Below are positions 39,801 through 52,098 of a stretch of 64,000 nt of DNA, piece by piece. The position numbers and the translations under genes are program-made. The stretch's first letter is position 1. Every line of letters begins with the position of its first letter. Location of the stretch: positions 1-64,000 of the forward strand of contig VJWM01000186.1 in assembly GCA_010909165.1 (NCBI GenBank), given 5' to 3'. This stretch comes from Anthoceros angustus. Taxonomy: Eukaryota > Plantae > Anthocerotophyta. A model generated the notes under the pieces. The model worked only from the letters and a program-made list of their open reading frames with translations. It did no database searches and was not told the origin of the DNA.

Positions 39801-42800
39801 TACCGCCAAGAGGGGTGAAGTCGAGATGCCCCAATTATTGTTTCAGGGCTCAACCCCGATTTGGTCGATTAAGAATGGGCGTAAGAAGACAACATCCAAT
39901 TGGGATGGGTGTATGGCGCCAATGGGCCTACACCAATTTGGAGTTGATTGAGGAGTGTTACATCAACCTCCATCAATCAACCTTGCCACAGCAGAGGGAA
40001 TGCTTGATCCACGCTGCTGGACGGTCGACCACAAGTGTATGGAAGGCGGAGGAGGAGAGCTCAGAATTGCTCTCGAGAGGACAAATGGAGGGAAGAGGAT
40101 TGCCCTCTCGAGATTCCGCAGAGGTCCTCGATATGATGGATGGAGGAGTGAAGGCCCATGCCAAGAATGGATGGAAGGCGGATAGTATCAAGGAGCTGAA
40201 ATGGAGGCTCTTTGCAAAGATTGTGTTGGGGTTGGTGAATTACCAGCGGACTTCTTACTTTGGCACCAACTGCAATTTTTGTGGAAGATTTCGAGGAGCC
40301 AAGCCGCATTGGGACAATTCTTCATAATCCTCAAGCCATACTCCATGCTCACACTTGCTTTGTAAGCATCTCGCCCAAGGCCAGCTCACCGGTCTTGACA
40401 TGGAGAGCCACATTCTCCGTCCTCTCATTCCGCAGCGGATCAATCTCTTGTAGGCATAATCCCGAAATCTGCCTCCTCACCGCCAACATATCCGCCACCA
40501 TGACGGCCTTTCTCCTTTGCCATTTTCTTCCTCCAACTCCCTATCCTCCTAGGGAGTTGTGCACTCTGCTGTCTGGACTTCTCGCTCCATTTCCAATCTT
40601 TGGACAAAATGTGTCCGCTCTTCCAGCTCTTCTTCCTTCAATTCCAGCCTCGTGGATTTCTCCCAGCTCCTTTTCCATGTCACTAATCTTCACATGTGGC
40701 TATGACCCGCTCATGTGCGCCTACTTGCCTTTGTGCCCTCATTTGCTGCGAGATTGCTCTGCCTTGACCTTTCCTCCATTAGCAGCACTTGCTTGTCTTC
40801 CGCCTTCTTTTCCCATGTGCGCACCATGTGAGCAAGTTGCTCCACCTTCTCCTCTCGAGCTGCCAATTGCTTGGTAAGAGCCTTGTTCTCCGAATGATGG
40901 TTGTTGCCTCGACTCTTTTCCAAGTGCTCCACTTGAGCCCATCCTCATAACATCCTCCAGCCCGCCACCGCAATTTCCCTTGCTTGGTAGGTCCTTGTCT
41001 TCTCCCGCCTTCAAGAATTCAACTCTCCTCTTGGCGATCTACTTTGAACATCTCCCTATGCGCAGCATCTCCTCCAACATGTCTAAGTCTCCTTTCTTAC
41101 CTCCGGGAGACTCAAGGCCTTTGCCTTGCTCATGGGATCTTACATCCCTTGCTTCCCTATGATGAGCTCCCGCTCATCACTTGGGGCAACCTCCCACCGT
41201 GACTCCATCCGCCGCCCACCTAACGGGCCGGTTGCCTTCTTATCTCGCTTGGGAGCTTCCAAACCGTGACTTCCTTTCCTCCTACCGTGGTAGGAGGTGC
41301 TCCTACCACCGTGACTACTTCCTACCGTGGTAGGACTAATTCCGCCAGTAGGCCTTGTCATGAGAGGACGAAGGGGTCCCAAACCACCGTGGGAACACCT
41401 CCCACCTCGCAGCGGGATTCCCCGCCATGGTAGGATCTATCCTACCTTCCATCTCCGCATCCTCCGTGGTCCAAACTTCAAATCCCCTACAACTTCTCCT
41501 TGCAAGTCCTCCTGCACATCCTCCGGCCTATCTTTCTGAGGGATTCCTTCCAGAATAATGTCCGTGTGCCGCTGCACCTCCTTTAGCGCAAAGCACCAAG
41601 CACTCCTGTCCCTCTCCGGGTGTAAGTACACAATGTTAAAGGGATGCTTGGAATCATCCAACTCCTTACTTGTGAGTAGCCCTCTACTTCCCACAAATGC
41701 ACTAGATAAGTGCTAAGATAGCATGCCTTGACCTCTTCATCCGACGCTTGGGTTTTTGAACTTCTCCGGTAGGTGTATGCTTCATACATGATGAGCCCCC
41801 AATCCGCTTCGCTCCTTGAGTGATCTTCCATAGAAAATGGAGGAAGGTAGTGCTGAAATATGACACCCTTGGATTGCTCACCAAGCCCAAAACAATTCTT
41901 GTGAACAATCTCCACTTGGGCTCCAAGATTTGGTCCGTCTCCAACCGTTCTTGGACTTAGCCTTCATGCCCCTTGCATAAGTGTAAGGGCTCCTTGGGAA
42001 GATCCGCCGTTGATGCACGCTTGCCTCACTCGTTCCTTCCATCAACGTGATTCCGCTATCCTCGCTATCCGCCCGCCATATACCGGCGTATGCTCCTTAC
42101 GCCCAACACCGTGGATCCGTCATGCTTTCTATCCTAAGGCAGCCAATTCTTCTTCCTGCAAATTAGCAAAACACTCTCTATCAATTCAAGGTTGGTGTAA
42201 GACCAATGTCGCCCATACACCCACTCTAGCTGAATATTCTCCTCTGCTGCCCAAGGTCGAAAGTCCGAAAGGTCTCTAGAGGATAGCTGGCGCGTAAATA
42301 AGGGCATGTCAAATTTCCACCGGTCCGATCCTCCCGCCTTAGACCTCTTGCTGCCTCGCCACCTCCCTTGGTGGACGCCCTTCCTTGGCTACTACCTCCT
42401 TGCCCTTGGTCATGGTAGGCTTGGTCATGGCCTCCTTGGTTAGTACTTGCACGAAATTGAAGAAAAGTGATGCCTCTGCACCCGCAGCCGCCGCCTTCTA
42501 TCCTTGCAAACGCTTTCTCCTCCTCGGATTTGCTCTTGCTCACCTCAAAGGTCCTTGCCCTTGCTCTCCTCAGTCCTTACACCTTGGCGTCAAACCCCGA
42601 TTTTTCCCGCAAGAGAAAGCTCAACAAAATTCTCCCGGACTCTTACACTGCCACAGCAATTTAGGAGCCCTTCCACGGTTTCCTAGCAATCTTGCCACGC
42701 TCCACCCTCCTAGGCACCCTCACGAGCTTGGCAAGTGTTGCGCCCAACCTTCTTCTCCTTCTTCTTCCTCTTTTCCTCCTTCTTCCTCTCTTGGGCGCGC

Positions 42801-42938
42801 GGATTTCCGCCTCCTTGCGAGCTTGCGCCTCCTTCTCCTCAACAGGCGTGTACGGGCGCTGCTGTATGGGGCCTTGGGAAGCTTGAGGTGTGGCGGCGCC
42901 CGCCGTGAGGCCGCCTCAAGTTTCGAGTTGTGGCCTCC
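30812..42938 (+). repeat. ~12.1 kb direct duplication of 17578-29723, including a second copy of the complete Copia (32738-38590, minus)
   Basis: Identical ORF translations at a constant offset of 13,215 from ~18250 to 29723. 29715-29975 also copies 16099-16357. Confidence 0.95.
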
Positions 42939-42939
42939 T

Positions 42940-43662
42940 GCAGCACTGCACCACTTTTATAAGTCACCCAAGGGTTAGAAAAGTAACTACCATTCTATCC
43001 TGCCCTTGGATGTGGCCCCTTTCTCACCATTGATGTTAGTTTCCTAATTCCTTATACTAAAATACCATTTTCCCTATTTTTCTAATTTCTAATTACTGAA
43101 AATTAGCCTCTAATTTCTTAATTACCTATTTTGGCCTATTTATCTAGTCCACTAAAAGACTCTATATATAGCCTATCCCGCCTAAAACATAAGCTACTTT
43201 CCTTAGAACCTATCTCCCACTGGTAGGACATCCTCACCATGGTAGGCGTTTCCTTTCTCCTACCACGGTAGGAGTTACTCCCACGGTAGGATACCTTCCT
43301 ACTCCTACCATGGTAGGAGCTATTCCTACACCGGGTAGGTGATCAAAACACTAGGTGGTCATTCTCCCACGGTGGTAGGATCTCTCCTACCCTCTCTACC
43401 ATGGTAGGAGTTCTACGGTGGTAGGACACCTCCTACCACTCATGTAGGTTACCTTTTCTCCTCACCAGTAGGTCGTTTTGACCCGTTTCTTTTTCCCTGC
43501 ATATCCTCTCTGCCTTCCCGACATGGTCCTACAACTCCCGCTCAAAAAGGAGCAAAAAATTTCCTTGCATGTCTTCACCAAACCATTTCTAGCAAAAGAG
43601 TGTGGGCCTGTTTCAAAACGAACTCATTTAAGCTTGTTGCCCAAACTTTTATGCTCCACACG
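42940..43662 (+). promoter_or_regulatory. LTR/U3-like block of family Y: AT-rich tract, palindrome array (43200-43450), conserved block
   Basis: About ten CCTACC-NN-GGTAGG variants; 43460-43660 is similar to 57470-57660 and to the reverse complement of 25480-25650. Regulatory role is inferred. Confidence 0.5.
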
Positions 43663-45905
43663 ATGAATGTAACTATTCAGAGAGGATGCGAGTTTGTTGT
43701 CAAACTCGATTGCCTAATGGGTTTCGTAGCGGTTCATCGCATTCATCTTATTAACAGATCTCCTAATAAGGTCGTTGATGAGCAGTTCCAGAGGAGCTAT
43801 GGTCCGAAAGAAACCATCCTACAAGCATGAGTGTTTGTGAGGCATACCGCCATGTTCCAAAAGAGTTTCGGGACAAGTTGGCACCTAAGTCCAAGAAATG
43901 TATTTTTCTTGGCTATGGTGATTCGTGAGATGGGATACCGCTTGTGGGATCGAGCTAGAAAGGTTGTTCAGATTAACGACGTGTTCTTCAATGAGAACAA
44001 GATGCACAGAAGCCTACTCCAACCGTGGAGGTGCGAAGGGTGATCTTCCAAGAAGATGGACATGATCATCATGGGCGTTGATAACCGTGGTAATGCGTGA
44101 GCACATTCCTCCACCCAGATGAACCAAGAGTCGAACAAGCACCTATAGAGGTGCCTCGTGGTCAGGTCGTGCAGATTACACGACCTCGATGTATGATCCA
44201 TCTCGGATTATGTTATGCCGACAGACAGGGGAACCCTCTTCTTACAAAGAGGCCATGCCGAGTAACAAGAGAAGTGGGAGAAGGCCATGCAAATAAATGA
44301 ATTCCGCATAAGAACCAAACTTGGGAGTTGGTTCCGCTTGCTAAGGATAAGAAGGCACTACCGCAAATGGGTGTACAAGATGAAGGTCATATTTGATGGC
44401 AAACCAAAGTACAAGGCACGATTGGTTGCTAAGGGTTTCAAGCAACAACCGTGCATTGACTTTGATGAGATTTTCTCACCGAGTCAAAATGACAACTTTG
44501 CGATGTGTTCTTGCTTTGGTTGCTGTGAATGATATGGAACTTGTATGATGGATGTCAAGACGGCATTCTTGCATGGTGACCTTCAAGAGGAGCCTACATG
44601 AGAACCGTAAGGTTTTGTTGAGAAGGGCAAAGAGCATCCGTGTGCGTTGAGGAAGAGCCTTTATGGTTTGAAACAGCACCGAGAGTGGTATCACAAGTTC
44701 CACTCATTTATGCTTTCTCAAGGCTACAAACGAGCGATGAGGATCATTGCTATAAGCAAGCTAAGGATCAAAGCTTGCTCATTTTGATCCTCTATGTGGA
44801 TGATATGCTAATTGTCGAAAAGATCGATGAGATTTCATTGAAGTCAAAGTTGAATGCTCACTTTGAAATGAGACTTGGGAGAGGCGAGCCATACTTGGCA
44901 TGCGTTAATGCATAGCGCTTTATTTGTCTCATAATACATTAACAGTGCTTCAACGCTTCAACATGGAGAAGGGAAGCCATTGGGTACCCATTGCCTCCAT
45001 ATGTGAAACTTTCGCGGATTGCCCAAGCTCGAGGAGGACAAATGAAATGGAGAAGGTCCCATACTCATCACCGTAGGGAGTTTGATGTATGCAATGATTG
45101 CTACACGCCCCGACATTGCCTTTGCAAGAGTGGTTATTTATGTCAAACCGCAAGAAGCATTGGGAGGCGAAAAGGAGTTATGAGGTATCCGAATGGTACA
45201 AAAGCTTTGTGCATATGTTTTGGTAGTGAAGATGCGTGTGGTTGGGTACAGATGCGATTATGCGGGATATGGAAAAGGAGGTCCACATCGTTATGTCTTC
45301 ACGCACCGGAGGGGCGCCTCATGGCGATCTCGCTGCGGCATTACGCTATCTACCAGAGAGGTATGTTGCAAAGAATCGAGGCTTGCAAGGAAGCCATATG
45401 GCTTGCTCGCTTAGTGGGAGACTTGGGGATCAAGGTTGAGTCGCTGTTGCATTGTGATAGCAGTGCTATCCAATTGGCAAAGAATCCGTTTCATGCGAAG
45501 ACTAAACATGTGGATGTGAAGTATCACTTCATTCGAGAGGTGACAAGAGGGTACAACTTGTCAAGGTTCACACCCCAACCCCGCAGATATTCTTACCAAG
45601 GGACAAGCAATTTGCACAAGCTCGGACAGATGGGCATGAGATAGTCCATTCTCCCACGAAGGTAAATTGGCCTTTAAGTGGGAGGTTGTAAGGGTATTAA
45701 AGCTCAATGTACTTAGACTAATACACTTAGTCTAAGTTAGGTGTCGATATCATTAGTTTAGCTAAGCTAATCACTAGGAAGCTTCTTGTGCTCCTTCCTA
45801 GGAGCTTCTTGTGGAGCTGGGAGCCTATTGAGGGTATAACACCTCCAAGCCTCATCTCAATGAGAGAGCTACACTTGCCTCCTCCTCTCCTCTCCTCTCC
45901 CCTTA
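43662..45905 (+). mobile_element. pol: Ty1/Copia pol remnant (IN end, RT, RNase H) with PPT and start of 3' LTR
   Basis: KYKARLVAKGFKQ, DVKTAFLHGDL, LYVDDMLI, CDSSAIQLAKNPFHAKTKHVDVKYHFIREV; PPT AAGTGGGAGG 45676-45685; LTR TGTAAGGG from 45687. Confidence 0.92.
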
Positions 45906-48130
45906 TACCATGGGAAGTCTAAGAGTTCTGATGACCAAATCTTGGAGCCCAAGTGAGATTGTTCACAAGAATTGTTTTGGGCTTGGTGAGCAATCCAAGG
46001 TGTCATATTTCAGCACTACCTTCCTCCATTTTCTATGGAAGATCACTCAAGGAGCGGCCGGATTGGGGCTCATCATGTATGAAGCATACACCTACCGGAG
46101 AAGTTGAAACCCAACGCTGGATGAAGACACCCAAGGTCATGCTATCTTAGCACTTATCTAGTGCATTTGTGGGAAGTAGAGGGGCTACTCACAAGTAAGG
46201 AGTTGGATGATTCCAAGCATCCCTTTAACATTGTGTACTTACAGCCATGAGAGGGACAGGGAGTGCTTGGTGCTTTGCAGCTAAAGGAGGTGCCGGCAGC
46301 ACCACCTGGGACATTATTGCTGGAAGGAATCCTCCGAAAGATAGGCCAGAGGATGTGCAGGAGGACTTGCAAGGAGAAGTTGTAGGGGATTTGAAGTTTG
46401 GACCATGGAGGATGCGAGATGGAAGGTAGGATAGATCCTACCATGTGAATCTCCCGAGGGTGGAGGTGTTCCCAGGGTTTGGGACCCCTTCGTCCTCTCA
46501 TGACAAGGCCTACTGGCAGGAATTAGTCCTACCACGGTAGGGAAGTAGTCCTACGGGGAGCACCTCCTACCACGGTAGGAGGAAAGGAAGTCACGGTTTG
46601 GAAGCTCCCAAGAGGAGATAAGAAGGCAACCTGCTAGGTGGGCGAGCGGATGGAGTCACGGTGGGAGGAGTTGCCCCACCAAGTGATGAGCGGGAGCTCA
46701 TCATAGGGAAGCAAGGGATGTAAGATCCCATGAGCAAGGCAAAGGCCTTGAGTCTCCCGGAGGTAAGAAAGGAGACTTAGACATGTTGGAGGAGATGCGA
46801 TAGGGAGATGTTCAGAAGGTAGACATAGGAGCCGCCAAGAGGAGAGTTGAATTCTTGAAGACGGAGGGAGAAGACAAGGACCTACCAAGCAAGGGAAATT
46901 GCGGTAGGCGAGCGGAAACCCAGCGGGAGGATGTTATGAGGATGGAAGCTCAAGTGGAGCACTTGGAAAAGAGTCTTGAGACAAGGCAACAGAAACAAAC
47001 CATCATATTCGGAGAACAAGGCTCTTACCAAGCAATTGGCAGCTCGAGAGGAGAAGGTGGAGCAACTTGCTCACATGGTGCGACATGGAAAAGAAGGCGG
47101 AAGACAAGCAAGTGCTGCTAATGGAGGAAAGGTCAAGACGAGAGCAATCTAAAGAAATGAGGACAGACAAAGGCAAGTAGGCGACATGAGCGGTCATAGC
47201 CACGTGTGAAGATTAGTGACATGGAAAAGGAGCGGGAGAATCACGGAGGCTGGAATTGAAGGAAGAAGAGCTGGAAGAACGGACACATTTTGTCCAAAGA
47301 TTGGAAATGGAACGAGAAGTCCAAAGAACGGAGAATGCACAACTCCCTAGGAGGATAGGGGAGTTGGAAGGAAGAAATGGCAAAGGAGAAGGTCCATGAG
47401 GCGGTAAAAGATATTGTGAGGGAGGTAGATTTCGGGCTGATTATGCCCTACAAGAGAGATTGATCCGCCAACCGCAGTAATGAGAGGACGGAGAATGTGG
47501 CTCTCATGTCAAGACCGTGAGCTGGCCTTGGAGCGAGATGCTTACAAAAGCAAGTGTGAGCATGGAGTATGGCTTGAGGATTACGAAGAATTGGAGATGG
47601 CACAACAACGATTTGCAGCCCATCTTCACAACAAGGTGCTCAAGGCCACTAACGAGTTGCGACGTCGAGAGGAGGATGTTGGGACCTCATGACGATGATA
47701 GGAGGCCCTCATGCAAGTCCAACCGAAGCCTTAGACTTGGAGAGTGTCCCAAGCAACAGGGTGAAGAAACTTCGCACTGTGGAGAAGCGAGAAGCGGGAG
47801 AAGCCGCATGTGGAGAGAATCACCCTGTGAAGTAAGGAAGTGAGGTAGGAACTCCACCGTAGGAGGACTCCTACCGGAGGGACTCACTGTAGTAGGAGAA
47901 GGTCCTACCATGGTAGGCCGGAAGAAGCAGCGATTCAAAGGTCGCTAGCATGGATTTGACGGCAAGGGAGGCGAGTACCTTGGCCCTTGCAGGAAGAAGG
48001 AAGAGGGGTTGATCTTGCAGAATGGAGCAAGAATCACAAGGAGAAGACCAACCTCCCAACATGGGTGTGAGTAAAGGAGCTCACTTGCTCCACAAGTGAG
48101 AGGAAGAGGAGAAGTCGAGGATGAGCCTGG
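45905..48130 (+). pseudogene. Family Y accessory ORF copy (DWG domain plus coiled coil), frameshifted
   Basis: RLFTRIVLGLVSNP / SYFSTTFLHFLWKITQG / DWG (45910-46150). Nucleotide sequence is the reverse complement of 27104-28740. Confidence 0.65.
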
Positions 48131-48295
48131 CTAAGAGAGCCCCGGCTATTTTATTGGAGGAAGGAACTAGGCATCAAGATAAGGAAGGGATTCATAAGAA
48201 GTCCTTAAATTAGCTTGAAGACATGGGGCAAGATGCCACTTGGGAAGACTTTTCTTTAGAGGAGGACAGCATTAATGCTTGTCACCCAAAGAGAG
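48130..48295 (+). pseudogene. Possible chromodomain remnant (3' end of a chromovirus integrase)
   Basis: PAILL...KEGIHKKS(L)N*LEDMGQDATWE resembles the YLVKW...ATWE pattern and is followed by purine-rich AAAGAGAG then TGTGTTG. Short and degenerate. Confidence 0.3.
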
Positions 48296-48454
48296 TGTGT
48301 TGACTAGCTAGATAGGAATGTTGACAGAGCCATTAAGGCTCACATAGGTGAATTTGCTAGAATAGAATTTTACCCAAGATGCTTGGATGTCGAACTTAAA
48401 GTCCGACAGGATACACTAAAATAAGGAGTGAGGCGCTGTGAGGGCGAGGTCAGG

Positions 48455-49349
48455 TGAGGACCTCCCTATAAAAGGAGGGAGCTTGTGAAGTAAAATTATC
48501 GTGTCTTGCGCCCCCATCCTCCGAGTCCTTCACTTTGTGTGCAATTTCGCCGGGCCGCAAGCCAACGCAGGTCCGGTAGAGAGGAGAACGCGGGTCGGAG
48601 TGTGGGCGGAGGGCTTGCTGCAGCCCCGCCAGCCTCCCTTGTGAATGGTTGTTGTGTGAATTGTTTTGCTTTGAGTGTGTGGCGATGCTCAAGGAACTCG
48701 GCTTGAGGGTAGACTGTGGAAAGACTCCGGAGGTTCTCGTCTGTACAAACCACATAGCAACCGCCCAAGGAAGAACTAATTTCCTGACCGACCTGCTGTG
48801 CCGGGCGAGTTGGAATTAATGAGCCAGCAATTGGTGTTAGAGTAGGAGATTGTGGAGGAAGGAAGGGTAGATGAGTAGAGAAGAAGAGGCGTTGTTGATT
48901 GAGAGAGTTGTGAGGAGGAATTAGAGTGTAGGAAAACTAAGGCCACGGTGAGCCTAAGGGACGAATCCCAACTGCAAGTAAGAGGGCGCCTGTGTGGAGA
49001 AGAGTGTCTTAGGAGTAGGGACGGTTGCGGTGTGGGTCGGGGGTCCCCTGGCGCCGTGATAGACACCTTGTCCGTAAGACGACCGCAATTGTGTGGTGTC
49101 GTTGTAGGTTGAGGTTTGGTTTACGGCAAAGGCGTGGGCGCTGCTGTAGAGGGAGCGTGAGAGGGCGCCTTGCTTGTTTAGAAGGCTGAGGTAGTGTGTA
49201 GTCAGCGTAGTGACGATTTCAAGATCGACCGCCCAAGTCTCATGGGACGAAACCCAACGCATTAAACGACTGGGGATAAGTGTGGCCGCTTAGAGGGGAA
49301 TCTCGGAGTGCCCCGGTTTTCCTCCCACATTTTTGGCGCCTGCCGGGGA
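48455..49349 (+). repeat. Athila/Tat-type Gypsy LTR (3' part) ending CA at 49329, with tRNA-Asp PBS at 49334-49349
   Basis: TATAAAAGG box near 48467; LTR ends CCTCCCACA, then TTTT, then TGGCGCC-TGCCGGGGA (canonical TGGCGCCGTTGCCGGGGA lacking 2 nt). Paralogue at 57690-58345. Confidence 0.8.
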
Positions 49350-50132
49350 CTTGTATAAATTGAAATTTTGAGATTTTGTTGCTAGCTTGCAAGATGAGCC
49401 GAGAAGATCTTGTAAGGAGGTGGAGCGGGGTCTAGGAAGAAGCCTCGAACAGGAAGGAGGAGCCCACGCCTGAATGGTGTGATTTTGTGTTCCCGCAGCA
49501 AGAATGGCATGAGAGGAGTTGGCTGATTTTTCTTAACAACCGTGTTTTGGAGGCTATGAGGATGCTTGCAGGTATCTAACAGAGGGAGGGGGAGAGGAGA
49601 AAACCGTAGGAGGTCACCCCACCATCGCAAGAGATCTAAGAGCTGCAAGAAGAAATCAATGGAGGAGGAAAACGCAATGTGGTTGCACGCGGCCTGGAGG
49701 AGGAAGAGCTAAGGGCGCTTGAGGAGGAGGCTTTTTGCCCTTGCCTACAAGGGGAGCCAAGTGATCGTAAAACGCCTGTGAGAAGGGGCAAATCACCGAA
49801 TAAACAAAGGAGGTGGTTGAAGAGGAGTTGGTGTGCGAAGAGGAAAGCGAGGAGGAGGCACCATTTCTTGAGCGCAATTCAAATTCAGCTACCAGCACTG
49901 GGCCTTCTCAATGCTGGAACTTCCGGAGTGGTGGATCTAGCTTAACTTCCAGCAAAACAGAAAGTGAAGAAGGTGGGGTGAGCAGTGGGGAATTTTAGGC
50001 ATGGTCTGAGGATCTTGCGGAGCGCCTTGATAGAATCACTGCCCAGCTCACCCTCTTGGGCGCACACCTAGGGGAGACACATCCCACAAGAGTGCCCAAA
50101 TTTTTGTGGACATCACGACCACAACCAGATAT

Positions 50133-50728
50133 GCATGGAATCAAAGGTTTCATATCCAAGCCATAATCTACCCTAACGCACACCTCTCAAGCACATCCGT
50201 AAACGACAAGTAAACGACAATGTTCTACGCTAAACACCAAAGACTGATAAACACCAAAATGACACCAAAATGGCAAAAGTCGATCACGTCCCCTTTGGGC
50301 CCGTCTGTCGATACCCCCCTTTTTCTTCCAAGAGCCTCGCATCCATTGCCACTCCGGGAGCTGTATGGCTGTCCAACCTGCCAACAAACATCAGCAATCC
50401 GCCTCTCCTCGCGGATCACTGCCCTTTTGACGAGCCCCGCTTGGCGCCGTCCGCGACTAATCACGGGCGATCCGCTTGGGAAGCGCGCGGCGCTGTCCGT
50501 GATTCCGGTAGAAGCCGTAACCTCGCCGTAATTACATACAGCTTGGCACTTCATGCTCGACTTCTGTCTTTCGACTTGTTGCCGTGTCAAATCTCATATG
50601 CATCGAAGATGGGCATACACATGCCCATCACCATCCATGTCCATGCACATGAGCATGTGCCCATGGTCATGCACACCCCGCATGCACACATACCCATTGC
50701 ACTCTCTAACATCCTATTTGCCATGACA
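50133..50728 (-). repeat. LTR-like repeat A2 (50273-50728) plus repeat B2 (50133-50273)
   Basis: A2 matches 12771-13218; B2 matches 50755-50896. Confidence 0.8.
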
Positions 50729-50730
50729 GC

Positions 50731-51535
50731 TGTCGCGCCATAGCTGCATAGCGGGCATGGCACCGAAAGGTTTCATATCCAAGCCATAATCTACCCTAAC
50801 GCACACCTCTCAAGCACACCCGTAAACGTCAAGTAAATGACAATGTTCTATGCTAAACACCAAAGACTGATAAACACCAAAATGACACCAAAATGGCCCC
50901 CTTGCCAAAGTCGCAGCCACAAATTGAGCTGGTTGTGGCAGCACTTTGGACACTTAAATACCGTAAAATCGCCGGTAGAATCGCCTAAACTTGCTATCAC
51001 GTAGTTGAGGCTCCGATGGTTTCTCATGCTCCAGGCGTCCTGTGGCCAGAAGGGCCGCCACCCGCCGTTCCTCGGGATCGAAGTACTCATCCACCTGGGC
51101 CTTTCCTAATCACTGTCTTTCCCTGGCATGGTGTCGAGCCATCATTTCTTCTTCTTCATCGCTGTCTAGTTCTGTTTTGACCCTGGGAAGTTTTCAACTT
51201 GGCATGTTTCATGGTGTGATTCCATATACAGCAAGAAGGCCTGTAACTCCAGGAAGGTCTCTAGCCGTTCAGGCTTGCCAGGTTGATATTTACGTATCAA
51301 CGGGGTGCGCCACTTGTCCTCCCATGGCCGTTCAGGAAATTGTGGCACACTATGGTGCATCCTACGGAAACATGTCTTGCATGTGTGGTCTGCGTCCAAG
51401 TCCATGTTTGCCAGTTATTTGCGATGTTAAGCTACTAAACTTGCCAGGCCCTCCGACAACGCTCCTACCACCCTAGCACCACCGCTGCTTAACACTCATC
51501 ACTACGCTGGCTAGACGCCACCACCGGCCATGACA
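50731..51535 (-). repeat. Candidate 3' LTR of the MTase element (TGTCATGGC...GCGCGACA) containing repeat B1 and a small ORF
   Basis: TGTC/GACA termini; shares its first 9 nt with A1/A2 and its 3' ~140 bp (B) with 50133-50273. No clear PPT. Confidence 0.4.
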
Positions 51536-52098
51536 TGTACACCTACGCCAAACAGATCACCAACGCCGTGACCAGTGGCACATGGGCTGAAATTGTAGCC
51601 CATGATTCAAAGCCCATCACCTGTAGTACGACTGCTGGCATGTACTTGACAATCAGGATCGCCGCACCTTACAAGGGTAGCTCAACAGTCCTGCAACGTT
51701 GACGGTGACCCGCAGTCATGTTGTCCCTAAATCGCGAGTTGACCAACCGTGCAAATTGACAAGCAAATTAGTGAGCGCTCGCGCATCCTTTGCCCCGTTC
51801 CTTCAGTGAAATCACAACCATGCTCCTTGCTCCTCCAGTAACTCACTGGCTCCATGCCTTGCGGACGGAGCCCTTGTCAAGCTGCCCGCTGCTCTCGGCA
51901 CCTGCAGCTATCACACACTTCATCATAAATCACGCTCTACCTATGAGACTTTCGATTGCCCCTTTCTTCTGCCTGCGTGCAGTACTGTCACGCTTCCGCT
52001 CCGGATTACTTCGCCCCACGCTCTTGCCCCTCGGGTGTTGGTGCTATCTACATAAAATGCATACGGGCTTTATGCACCGGTTACCCTAAAAATGCTTT

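Noticed and set aside
43200-43450. CRISPR-like repeat/spacer array
   Set aside because: Repeats are only ~14 bp and degenerate, spacers are short and irregular, there are no cas genes, and the context is a eukaryotic TE.
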